DNA from: an uncultured Candidatus Saccharibacteria bacterium
GTDB lineage: Bacteria; Patescibacteriota; Minisyncoccia; Phycocordibacterales; WO2-35-19
DNA: 64,000 nucleotides
Assembly: GCA_964534305.1 (NCBI GenBank)
Contig: CAZHPR010000001.1
Location: forward strand, 26,944 to 90,943
Reading direction: 5' to 3'
The first letter of the stretch is position 1; each line of letters starts with the position of its first letter. The position numbers and the translations under genes are program-made. The notes beneath the pieces were generated by a model. The model had not been told where the DNA came from. It ran no database searches and worked only from the letters and a program-made list of their open reading frames with translations. Of this stretch, positions 9,544 to 17,652 are shown in pieces.

Positions 9544-11073
9544 ATGTCATTAAAAATAGTAATACTTCTAGCTGGATTCTCGGCTCTGATCGGGATCGCT
9601 TTTGGGTATTTCCTTAGATGGATAATATCCTTAGGCCAGAGAGGTTCGGTTGAGCTTCGAATAAAGCAGATGGAACTCCATGCAAGAGAGGAGGCAAAGA
9701 AGATAGTTGAAGAGGCTGAGACAAAAGCAGAAGAAACCCAAAAAGAGATCCGGGCGGAAATAAAAGAAAAGGAAGATAAGTTCAAAAAGACTGAAGATAG
9801 GCTTATCAAGAAAGAAGAGTTTTTGGACAAGAGACAGGTAGATATAGATAAGGAAATAGAACAAATAAAAGAAAAGGTTGCTGAAGTAAAGGCAATCAGA
9901 GAAAAGGCAGAGCAAATAGAAAAACAAAAGTACGAAGAACTACAAAAGGTTGCAAATATGTCTGAGGAGGACGCCAAGAGAGAACTCTTAAATCTTGTAG
10001 AGAGAAGATCTGAAGAAGATTTTATGGTTAGGATGCAAAAATTAGAGCAACAAGGCACAGAGAAGATGGAAAAGAGGGCCAAAGAAATACTCACAACCTC
10101 TATACACAGACTAGCAAATGCTGTTTCCTCTGATGTGTTTTCTACCAGCGTAGAGATACCGTCAGATGAGATAAAGGGCAAAATAATCGGAAAAGAAGGT
10201 AGGAATATAAAAGCCTTTGAGAGAGCGAGCGGAGTTGAGGTTATTGTAGATGATACCCCAGGACTTATAACCATATCTTCTTATGACCCAGTAAGGAGGC
10301 AGGTTGCCAGAATGGCCCTCGAAAACCTTATCTCTGATGGAAGGATCCAACCTGCAAAGATAGAAGAGATGGTTGAAAAAGCAAAGCAGGATATAAACAA
10401 AATAATAAAAGAGAAGGGTGAACAAGCGGCATATGAATGTGGAGTTTTCAATTTAGACCCTAGAATCTTGGCGATTCTCGGCAGACTACACTTCCGTACT
10501 TCTTATGGCCAAAATGTGCTCCAACACTCAATTGAGATGTCGCACGTGGCAGGAATGATCGCTGAGGAGATCGGAGCTAATGTACCTATCGCAAAGGCAG
10601 GGGCCCTACTCCATGACATAGGCAAGGCAGTCGATCACGAAATCGCCGGCACTCACGTAGAGATCGGTAGAAGGATCTTGCAAAAATTTGGAGCGGATCC
10701 ACTCATCATAAAAGCAATGGAAGCTCATCACGGTGAATATCCTTATGAGACTCTGGAGTCTTATATTGTCCAAGCAGCCGATGCAATCTCTGGTGCAAGA
10801 CCGGGAGCAAGAAGAGACAGTGTAGAAAATTATTTGAAACGTCTCGGCGAGCTAGAAACAATTGCAACTTCCTTCAAGGGAGTAGACAAGGCTTATGCTC
10901 TACAGGCCGGCAGAGAAGTAAGAGTATTTGTAACCCCATCTGAAGTTACCGACCTCGAAGCAAGGAACATCGCTCGCGACATTGCAACAAGAATAGAAAA
11001 CGAACTCAAATACCCAGGAGAAATCAAAGTCCTCGTCATCCGCGAGTCTAGAAATATCGAATTTGCAAGATAG
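9544..11073 (+). CDS. rny: Ribonuclease Y
   Basis: N-terminal TM segment, coiled coil, KH domain (IGKEGRNIKAFE) and HD domain (LLHDIGKAVDHE). Confidence 0.9.
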   Translation: MSLKIVILLAGFSALIGIAFGYFLRWIISLGQRGSVELRIKQMELHAREEAKKIVEEAETKAEETQKEIRAEIKEKEDKFKKTEDRLIKKEEFLDKRQVDIDKEIEQIKEKVAEVKAIREKAEQIEKQKYEELQKVANMSEEDAKRELLNLVERRSEEDFMVRMQKLEQQGTEKMEKRAKEILTTSIHRLANAVSSDVFSTSVEIPSDEIKGKIIGKEGRNIKAFERASGVEVIVDDTPGLITISSYDPVRRQVARMALENLISDGRIQPAKIEEMVEKAKQDINKIIKEKGEQAAYECGVFNLDPRILAILGRLHFRTSYGQNVLQHSIEMSHVAGMIAEEIGANVPIAKAGALLHDIGKAVDHEIAGTHVEIGRRILQKFGADPLIIKAMEAHHGEYPYETLESYIVQAADAISGARPGARRDSVENYLKRLGELETIATSFKGVDKAYALQAGREVRVFVTPSEVTDLEARNIARDIATRIENELKYPGEIKVLVIRESRNIEFAR

Positions 11074-11109
11074 GATAAAGTGTTGTAGTATCCAACCGGA
11101 GGTTATTCC

Positions 11110-11634
11110 GTGACTAGTGAAGAACGATGTTCCATTTTGGAAGATGCCTACGAGGTGTTTTTCAAGGCAATGATGTCTGGATATGCTGGAAACAGCAATC
11201 GGGCAGTCAAAACAACAACAAACAATGGATGCACCAAAAAGGTGGAATACACCGAGGGTGATTACACCGTCACTGACACTTGGCACACACACCCAGAATC
11301 AGACAAATCGTCTGGGTCAACCCTGATCATCTTCCAAGGTAAGCCAGTTTGGTGGGTGTCATACTTTGGGAGCTACCCAAAGGAAGTGATTCCATTCCTG
11401 AAAGAGACTCTCAGGGAAACATACGGAAAAAACAATTTCATCGGCGGGCGTGGACCGACAGATTTTGTCAAAGATCAGTACTGGTACAAAAACTGTCCGA
11501 GACTATCACCGGGCGGCGATTTTACTGAATTCTGTGATTTCGCTGGTTCGGAAGCGATTTACAGAAACACAAACTTTGAAGGTCCCGGCGAGATGATTGG
11601 TTACCATCATTATCATGGTCATTCTATGATCTGA
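11110..11634 (+). CDS. Hypothetical protein in a G+C-rich island (GTG start, His-rich C-terminus HHYHGHSMI)
   Basis: GGAGG Shine-Dalgarno-like motif 7 nt upstream of the GTG. Codon and G+C usage differ from the surrounding genes. No confident family assignment. Confidence 0.4.
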   Translation: MTSEERCSILEDAYEVFFKAMMSGYAGNSNRAVKTTTNNGCTKKVEYTEGDYTVTDTWHTHPESDKSSGSTLIIFQGKPVWWVSYFGSYPKEVIPFLKETLRETYGKNNFIGGRGPTDFVKDQYWYKNCPRLSPGGDFTEFCDFAGSEAIYRNTNFEGPGEMIGYHHYHGHSMI

Positions 11635-11660
11635 CCACCATCACCGGACACACAATACCT

Positions 11661-11693
11661 AGGCGCGACCGCAGGTCGCGCCTTTGCTTTTTC
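11661..11693 (+). terminator. Rho-independent terminator
   Basis: GGCGCGACCgcaGGTCGCGCC followed by TTTGCTTTTT. Confidence 0.7.
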
Positions 11694-11739
11694 ATACAGA
11701 ACCCCCCCTTAACAAATCTAAAAGTAACCCGTTTTTCTT

Positions 11740-11779
11740 CCCTCCCCTGATCAAGGGGAGGGTTGGGTGGGGTTATTCC
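11740..11779. repeat. Palindromic element variant (solo copy) directly after the stop codon of the MBL ribonuclease gene
   Basis: CCCTCCCCTGATCAAGGGGAGGGTTGGGTGGGGTTATTCC. The hairpin loop resembles the 17609 element and the tail resembles the main family. Confidence 0.7.
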
Positions 11780-11788
11780 AAGATGGGG

Positions 11789-13237
11789 TTAATCCAAAAA
11801 GTATTCCTTACCGGGTTCGGGATAAATTGCTTCTATATCTAAGTACTCACGGATGCGTTGAGAGAGAAAGAGCGAAGAACGCGGTTCACCCATGATAGTA
11901 AAAACTTTTTTGAGAGAGTGTTGTTGTGTGGTTCCCCTCTCCTTTGCAAGGAGAGGGGTTAGGGGTGAGGTAGAACCTTCCGAAGCCTCCTCGACAAACT
12001 CCACCAAATTATCAGAATCTTTGTGTGAAGAGTAACCCTTTATTGTCTCTATCTTTGCTCTTACTTTTATTTTTTGACCATTTATCTTGACCTCACTCTT
12101 GCCGTCCTCAAGAGCCCGGCCCAAGCTACCCAGAGTTTGATACCCAACAAGGAGGAGGGTGTTTTTGTGATCGTCCAAAATATCAGCTTCATGAGCCAAA
12201 ACCCTCCCCCCTTCAGACATACCAGAGCCAGCAATTATTATCTTCGGGCCACCTTTTTTTATAACAGACTTACTTTCTTCAAAACCGTCTACAATATTGA
12301 GGCCAGGAAAATCAAATATGTTATCGCCCCTTTTTATCTCTTCTTGTACTTCCTTTTTAAAATCAGTTGCGTATTTTTTATAGATGTTTGTTACTTTTAT
12401 AGCCAGTGGAGAATCAAGATAGACAGGGACTTTCTCTATCTCCCCATCTTCTATCATGTTGTTTAGTTCGTACAGCATTACCTGAGTCCTTTCTATAGAA
12501 AAAGCTGGTATAACAATGGTTCCACCCCTCTTTATCCCCTCTTGGATCACCCCCTTAAACCTCTCTCTTCTTTCTTCTTTACTCTCATGATTTCTATCTC
12601 CATAAACACTCTCCATAACAATATAATTTGCTCCTTCTGGAATTTCTGTATCCGGTAATAATGGCGAAGGAGAATTGCCCAAATCTCCTGTAAAGGAAAT
12701 CTTGCGTACTTCATTCAAATCGAAAGATCCATAAGAAATATTTATTATGGCAGAACCGAGTATATGGCCAGCATTTTGCATATCTATCTTTATATCTTTA
12801 CCTAGGTTTATTGTTTGATTGTAATCGCAACCCTCCCACAAAGACATCGTTTTTTCTATATCCTTCTCTTCATAGAGATTTTTGTCGCGATGCCTAGACC
12901 TAAAAACTTTAAGAGCATCTAGGAGCATTGGCCTTGCAAGCTCCAGGGTTTCCTTTGTTGAAATTATTTTTCCACCAAAGCCCTCTCTCACAAGCTTTGG
13001 TATTTTGCCAATATGATCCATATGAGCATGAGTCACCAGTAGAAAATCAAAAGAAGACGGGTCGTATTTGAATGGCTCAAAGTTTTTTAGTTCATCATTG
13101 AAACTACCCTGGAGCAGACCACAATCAACCATAATCTTTGTACCAGCATAAAGAAATTCTATGTTTGCACCGGTTGCGGTCCCTACCCCACCCCAAAAAA
13201 TTAGTTTTGCATTTTTATCTTTATTTTGTTGACTCAT
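11789..13237 (-). CDS. MBL-fold beta-CASP ribonuclease (RNase J / CPSF-like) carrying a 15-aa in-frame repeat-element insertion
   Basis: HxHxDH motif (VTHAHMDHIG) and a beta-CASP-like central region. The C-terminal segment STSPLTPLLAKERGT is encoded by the element at 11931-11975. Confidence 0.7.
   Translation of the reverse strand: MSQQNKDKNAKLIFWGGVGTATGANIEFLYAGTKIMVDCGLLQGSFNDELKNFEPFKYDPSSFDFLLVTHAHMDHIGKIPKLVREGFGGKIISTKETLELARPMLLDALKVFRSRHRDKNLYEEKDIEKTMSLWEGCDYNQTINLGKDIKIDMQNAGHILGSAIINISYGSFDLNEVRKISFTGDLGNSPSPLLPDTEIPEGANYIVMESVYGDRNHESKEERRERFKGVIQEGIKRGGTIVIPAFSIERTQVMLYELNNMIEDGEIEKVPVYLDSPLAIKVTNIYKKYATDFKKEVQEEIKRGDNIFDFPGLNIVDGFEESKSVIKKGGPKIIIAGSGMSEGGRVLAHEADILDDHKNTLLLVGYQTLGSLGRALEDGKSEVKINGQKIKVRAKIETIKGYSSHKDSDNLVEFVEEASEGSTSPLTPLLAKERGTTQQHSLKKVFTIMGEPRSSLFLSQRIREYLDIEAIYPEPGKEYFLD
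11931..11975. repeat. G+C-rich palindromic element (solo copy) inserted in frame within the MBL ribonuclease gene
   Basis: GTTCCCCTCTCCTTTGCAAGGAGAGGGGTTAGGGGTGAGGTAGAA. Confidence 0.85.
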
Positions 13238-13664
13238 TTTGAGTTAAAATATTTTTGTCGTCGATGCCAATCTCTTTTATGTAAGCATACAGACAGGCTG
13301 ATATTGCACCTAGAGTATCCATAACAATATCTAGTGAGGTATCAAACGGATATTCCAAATCGTTTACATCTGTTGATCCTACAAGGAGTTCAAACATCTC
13401 CCACAAAACGCCAACAAATATAACCGACAAAATAGAAACAATTAAAAAATCTTTTAGCTTCCTGTTTTTGGGTTCAAAAAAACCTGAATAAAAATATAAC
13501 CAGAGGAAAAGCACAGCAACCCAAGCACCCCCAAGAAAGTGAACCAAGCTATCAAACTCACTCAGCGTCCAGTAAAGATAAAACTTTATTGCGAGCAGAT
13601 TTAGTACAGCAACAACAAACAACAAATAAAACAGTTCTCTAAAAAGTGGTTTTCTTATCATCAT
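13221..13664 (-). CDS. Small polytopic membrane protein (hypothetical)
   Basis: Four hydrophobic helices. Overlaps the 5' end of the MBL gene by 17 nt. Confidence 0.4.
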   Translation of the reverse strand: MMIRKPLFRELFYLLFVVAVLNLLAIKFYLYWTLSEFDSLVHFLGGAWVAVLFLWLYFYSGFFEPKNRKLKDFLIVSILSVIFVGVLWEMFELLVGSTDVNDLEYPFDTSLDIVMDTLGAISACLYAYIKEIGIDDKNILTQNESTK

Positions 13665-13702
13665 TTGATTTTAACATATAAAATTTTGCCAAACTCCCTA
13701 GA

Positions 13703-13734
13703 ATGCAAAAACCTGCAGGAGCAGGTTTTTGCAT
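13703..13734. other. Perfect 14-bp-arm palindrome (ATGCAAAAACCTGC agga GCAGGTTTTTGCAT), bidirectional terminator-like, not next to any gene end
   Basis: Seen directly in the sequence. Lies at the edge of a G+C-rich island. Confidence 0.5.
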
Positions 13735-13940
13735 TAGGACCGCCCGGCATATATTCCCTAATTGAAAAATATTAGGTGGGTGGCCTCGACCATAATTCTT
13801 CTGAACGAATTAACGCTCATCTTATTATGGAAAGTTAGCCTCCCTGAATATGTGCAACTTAGAAAAATATCCGAGTGATCCTCCCTCTATTATACCAAAC
13901 TTCATCATATTGCTTTTATTGACTAAATGTGTAATATGGT

Positions 13941-14570
13941 TTGCAGTTAGCTCTTATCACAATCAGCTTGAAAGGAGGCGGCATGTCCGTCCTAATGCAA
14001 CTCCTGGGCGGGGTATTCTACCTCCTCCAGAAAATATTTCTCTCAGTCGCTGAACGCACAGAGCGAGAAAATCCAACCAACAAGAAATGGCGGATCTGGT
14101 CTTGGGTCGTATACCTCATGGGACTACCGCCGTGGGTCATAATCTTCGTCTTGCACCGTAATTGGATAGCGGCTGCTTTGGAAGCTAGTGGCGCTCCCTC
14201 AATGATTTTAGGTCTTGTAGTGGCCATCCGCGGCAAGGGCAAGAAGCCAAAGTGGCTTGATTACATTTCGCTCGTTGCGATTTTCTTGGGACTCGGATAC
14301 AGTCTCTATGACTTCCGAGGTATCACCACTTGGAACCAGGTCCTTGAGATCGGTATTGTGGTTGGTTTCCTCGTTGGCACATACCAACTTGCTCATGAAA
14401 GACCAGACGGATATCTCTGGTACATCCTAATGTGCGGTTCAAATACTGCACTCATGCACGTCCAACACTATCCGTGGCTAGTTGCCCAACAGATAGTGTC
14501 CCTCGTCTTCATCTTCGATGCGTACTTTGCGCAACGCGCAAAGTCTCAACCCGAAACAAAAGAGGGTTAG
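13941..14570 (+). CDS. Trp-rich polytopic membrane protein in a G+C-rich island. A PnuC-like transporter is a weak possibility. Start is probably the internal Met at 13983
   Basis: Multiple TM helices. G+C is clearly above the flanking DNA. Confidence 0.35.
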   Translation: MQLALITISLKGGGMSVLMQLLGGVFYLLQKIFLSVAERTERENPTNKKWRIWSWVVYLMGLPPWVIIFVLHRNWIAAALEASGAPSMILGLVVAIRGKGKKPKWLDYISLVAIFLGLGYSLYDFRGITTWNQVLEIGIVVGFLVGTYQLAHERPDGYLWYILMCGSNTALMHVQHYPWLVAQQIVSLVFIFDAYFAQRAKSQPETKEG

Positions 14571-14595
14571 CCTCTTCCATATGTTCATCAACACA

Positions 14596-14640
14596 AAAGC
14601 CGCGCTGGCCACAAACCAGCGCGGCTCTTCATTTATTTTT
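14596..14640. terminator. Bidirectional rho-independent terminator between the 13941 gene and ndk
   Basis: AAAGCCGCGCTGGccacaaaCCAGCGCGGCT flanked by A-run and T-run. Confidence 0.75.
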
Positions 14641-14646
14641 AAAAAA

Positions 14647-15252
14647 TTATTCCAAGATTCCGTCGAGGTTTACATCATAAAGAATTTGCTCTTGTACCAG
14701 ACGATAATTAACAATCTCCTTTTCATCAAACCAGAGTTTTACCTCCTTTTCTGCGTCCTCTTTAGTACCAGAAGCGTGTATCAGGTTCCTTACCGACCTG
14801 CCATCAGTATCCGCCATTAAATACGAATCCAGCACAAAGTCACCCCTTATAGTACCAATATCCGAATTCCTCGGTTCTGTACCTCCTGTGATCTTGCGCA
14901 CTACATCCACTGCATGCGCTCCCTGCCAGACCATTGCGACAACCGGCCCGCTTGTCATATATTTTTTGAGTTTCTGCATTACTATCTTTGTTATCTCAAG
15001 CGGATCTCTTGATGGCGGTTCTTCTCCGGCTTCCAGAGCAGCCTTTATCCTCTTCTCACCTGTCTTCCTACCCCACTCTGGGTCAATGTTATAGTGTCTT
15101 TCAACAAAATCTTCAGTTGGTACAACCATCTTGATACCAACCATCTTAAGCCCTACCCTTTCATATCTTTTTATAATTTCTCCGATGAGAGTTCTCTGTA
15201 CCCCATCGGGTTTTATTACAATAAGTGTTTTTTCATTTTTTGGATGAGACAT
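14647..15252 (-). CDS. ndk: Nucleoside diphosphate kinase with a C-terminal extension
   Basis: NDK active-site region (…NLIHASG…) and N-terminal TLIVIKPDGVQR. Confidence 0.9.
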   Translation of the reverse strand: MSHPKNEKTLIVIKPDGVQRTLIGEIIKRYERVGLKMVGIKMVVPTEDFVERHYNIDPEWGRKTGEKRIKAALEAGEEPPSRDPLEITKIVMQKLKKYMTSGPVVAMVWQGAHAVDVVRKITGGTEPRNSDIGTIRGDFVLDSYLMADTDGRSVRNLIHASGTKEDAEKEVKLWFDEKEIVNYRLVQEQILYDVNLDGILE

Positions 15253-15296
15253 AGTTTAAAAGTTAAAAAGGCGCAAGTTGGAAAGTCTAATACAAA

Positions 15297-15641
15297 CTAC
15301 AAAGCACGTATAAACCCCGCTAGCATTTTTGATATATCCACCGATAATAGATACATTCTATCGTAATCTACCTTAGAAATATAACCCAACTCAAGTCCTA
15401 ATTGCAACATAGAACGTACTTCACCACACGATCCTTTGGAAATGTATAGAAACCTGGACAGTTCTTTATTACCCTTTCTTTCAAATCCCTCTGCAATATT
15501 ATTCATCACGGAAACAGCAGCTCTCTGTATTTGGTCTCTAAAACCATAATCCTTACTACTAGAAAAAATCTTATACGTAATGACACTCAATTCTTTTGCT
15601 TTCTGCCAAGCTTTTATTTCTTCAAAAGATTTGATCGTCAT
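15297..15641 (-). CDS. Four-helix-bundle protein (23S rRNA intervening-sequence protein family)
   Basis: Characteristic …NIAEGF.R…EL.RFL.IS.GSC.E… signature. Confidence 0.8.
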   Translation of the reverse strand: MTIKSFEEIKAWQKAKELSVITYKIFSSSKDYGFRDQIQRAAVSVMNNIAEGFERKGNKELSRFLYISKGSCGEVRSMLQLGLELGYISKVDYDRMYLLSVDISKMLAGFIRAL

Positions 15642-15657
15642 ACAATTTTATAGTTTT

Positions 15658-16362
15658 CTAATCTTCATTTCTCACCGCAATAAATACTTTTGGTTCTGTA
15701 TCTATGATTGCATCTCGGATTTCTGGAAACTTATCACCTCTCTGAATCTTTTCTGATAATTCAACGATATCTCCATCGTAGGGATAAACAAATGCATCAC
15801 AAGAAAAATCACCCATGGGCACACGAGTTGTTTGTTCTGGAAGTTCCTCAATTATGTAATCAGCGAGTCTAAAAATCTCACTTTCCGAAAATGTTCTCGG
15901 ACTAGTTTCTTTTGTGATTGCTTTCTTAACAATTGATTGTAGGTAACTCTTAAATTCCTCATTTTTATGGTAGAAATCATATAAGAATTTGACCTTTAAT
16001 TTGAAAGTGTTATTGGCAATTACACTCCATTTAACATAATGGATTCTGGATATTTCCTCTGGAGAAAAAGTCTTCTCAACTTCTTGCCTAACTTGTTCTA
16101 GCAAATCTGTTCCTAACTGCTCGGCCATTTGTAAGGCTTTCTCATATTTAATTCTTTTTCTGACCTCAAGGTTTATTGCATGAATAGAATCTGCAACATA
16201 CACAATTACGTTTTCACGAGTATACAAAAGAGACCACCGAATTAACTCTATTATATTTTCTACTGTAAACCATTTATTACCAAGACTAATACCGACACCG
16301 ATGTTGTATTTCTTGGCTTCTAAATCTTCTACTGTTCCTCCTCTAATTTTATACAGCTGCAT
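15658..16362 (-). CDS. Candidate tRNA-dependent cyclodipeptide synthase (CDPS, AlbC-like)
   Basis: Size is about 234 aa. Motifs line up with the AlbC family: IGVGISLGNKWFT matches IGISAGNSYFS, VIVYVADSIHA matches VVYVDTHID, DYIIEELP matches NYVLAEAP (catalytic Tyr/Glu), and VYPY matches CYH. This comparison is from memory of the family, not a database search. Confidence 0.5.
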   Translation of the reverse strand: MQLYKIRGGTVEDLEAKKYNIGVGISLGNKWFTVENIIELIRWSLLYTRENVIVYVADSIHAINLEVRKRIKYEKALQMAEQLGTDLLEQVRQEVEKTFSPEEISRIHYVKWSVIANNTFKLKVKFLYDFYHKNEEFKSYLQSIVKKAITKETSPRTFSESEIFRLADYIIEELPEQTTRVPMGDFSCDAFVYPYDGDIVELSEKIQRGDKFPEIRDAIIDTEPKVFIAVRNED

Positions 16363-16373
16363 ACATCCACGTA

Positions 16374-17150
16374 CTATTTAGTCAAAATTATTATTTTCCC
16401 ATCATAACCGACGGCGACGGTGTGCTCGAAGTGAGCAGAGAGAGATTTGTCTGCCGTTCGATAGGTATAACCATCAGAGAGCTTTTTTATTTCACGGCTG
16501 CCGAGAGAAAACATCGGCTCGATCGCAATCACAAGCCCCGGACGAAGCTCTGGTCCTTCTCCTCTCTTGGCCCGATTAGGAACAAAAGGTTCTTCATGCA
16601 CACTGTAGCCGACCCCGTGGCCCGAGAGACCTTCTACAACCCCAAAACCATGCCTTATCGCAACTTCCATAACAGCAGCTCCAATATCACCTATATGTCC
16701 CCCGACTCTCATCGCCGCAATCCCTTTGTTTAAAGCTTCTTTGGTTGCACTCACAAGCTCCTCTGATTTTTTATCAACCCTGCCGACAGGCACAGTAATT
16801 GCCGCATCTGTTATAAGGCCCTTGTAAGTAAGGCCGAGATCAAGGGTCACAATATCTCCTTCAAAAAGGATCTTGCCCCCTCCCTCGTTTGGTATCCCGT
16901 GTACAATCTCTTCATTGATGGAGACACAAAGAGAAGCTGGATAAGGTCTCTTTGCATCCATTGGTTGATAACCAAAAAATGATGCGACTCCCCCAGCCTC
17001 GTCTATGAGCTTTTCGGCGTAAGCATTTAGTTCATCTGTTTTGACACCAGGGAACACCTTCTTTGCAACCTCACGCAAAATACGAGCATGGATCGCTCCA
17101 CCCTCTTTCATAATTTCTATTTCTTCTTCTGTTTTGTATCTGATACCCAT
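16374..17150 (-). CDS. map: Methionine aminopeptidase type I
   Basis: MetAP metal-ligand motifs (…HGIPN…, …FEHTVAV…). Confidence 0.9.
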   Translation of the reverse strand: MGIRYKTEEEIEIMKEGGAIHARILREVAKKVFPGVKTDELNAYAEKLIDEAGGVASFFGYQPMDAKRPYPASLCVSINEEIVHGIPNEGGGKILFEGDIVTLDLGLTYKGLITDAAITVPVGRVDKKSEELVSATKEALNKGIAAMRVGGHIGDIGAAVMEVAIRHGFGVVEGLSGHGVGYSVHEEPFVPNRAKRGEGPELRPGLVIAIEPMFSLGSREIKKLSDGYTYRTADKSLSAHFEHTVAVGYDGKIIILTK

Positions 17151-17199
17151 TGGGCTAAATATAGCATTATTATTTTATTTATAAACCCCCTCCGGCTTA

Positions 17200-17635
17200 A
17201 AGCCACCTCCCCCTTAATCAGGGGGAGGAAACACCCCACCCATCACAAATTATTTCTTATTTTTAAAATTACTTCCTCCACCCCATTATCAATCTCTTTA
17301 TTCCAAAACCTTAAAGTCTTATACCCCAAGTCTTCCATAAACAACTGTCTTACCCTGTCATACTCTTTATTTTGATTGTGAATTTCTCCGTCAATTTCGA
17401 TAACTAATTTTTTCTCTGGACAAAAGAAATCAACTACATAACCTCCAATACTATGCTGTCTCCTAAATTTCACCCCCAACTGACTACGTCTCAAATACCA
17501 CCAAATTTTATTCTCTTGCGGAGTTGGGTTTCTTCTAAGTTCCTTTCTATGCTCCCGGAGGCTGTATAGATTATGCAACTTCTTCATAACGATAAGTAGC
17601 AGTTTTTTCTTTCCCCTGATTAAGGGGAAAGTGGC
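17200..17635. mobile_element. Small cassette of one DUF559 endonuclease gene flanked by about 30-bp inverted repeats, inserted between adk and map
   Basis: Left arm AAGCCACCTCCCCCTTAATCAGGGGGAGGAAA (17200-17231). Right arm TTTCTTTCCCCTGATTAAGGGGAAAGTGGCC (17605-17635) is its imperfect reverse complement. Confidence 0.55.
17243..17587 (-). CDS. DUF559 (Vsr-like, PD-(D/E)xK) endonuclease-domain protein
   Basis: …ENKIWWYLRRSQLGVKFRRQHSIGGYVVDFFCPEKKLVIEIDG…LRFWN… The ORF-track start at 17638 reads through the right inverted repeat. The Met at 17587 is the more likely start. Confidence 0.8.
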   Translation of the reverse strand: MKKLHNLYSLREHRKELRRNPTPQENKIWWYLRRSQLGVKFRRQHSIGGYVVDFFCPEKKLVIEIDGEIHNQNKEYDRVRQLFMEDLGYKTLRFWNKEIDNGVEEVILKIRNNL

Positions 17636-17652
17636 CAAAGGCCGATAGGGGT

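Noticed and set aside
9537-10274. 245-aa minus-strand ORF antisense to rny. The same applies to 5898-6284, 7392-7850, 19661-20278, 40057-40647 and 44310-44702, which are antisense to known genes
   Set aside because: They are low-complexity Ser/Phe/Leu-rich frames generated opposite K/E-rich coding sequence, fully contained in confidently identified genes.
11281-11320. Possible JAMM/MPN metalloprotease motif (HTHPESDKSSGS) in the 11110-11634 protein
   Set aside because: The spacing does not fit HxHx7Sx2D: a Gly sits where the Ser should be and there is no Asp at the right distance.
13703-13734. The palindrome as a regular intrinsic terminator of a neighbouring gene
   Set aside because: No gene on either strand ends next to it: the 13221-13664 gene starts here and the 13941 gene lies downstream. 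It is kept only as an unexplained structural element.
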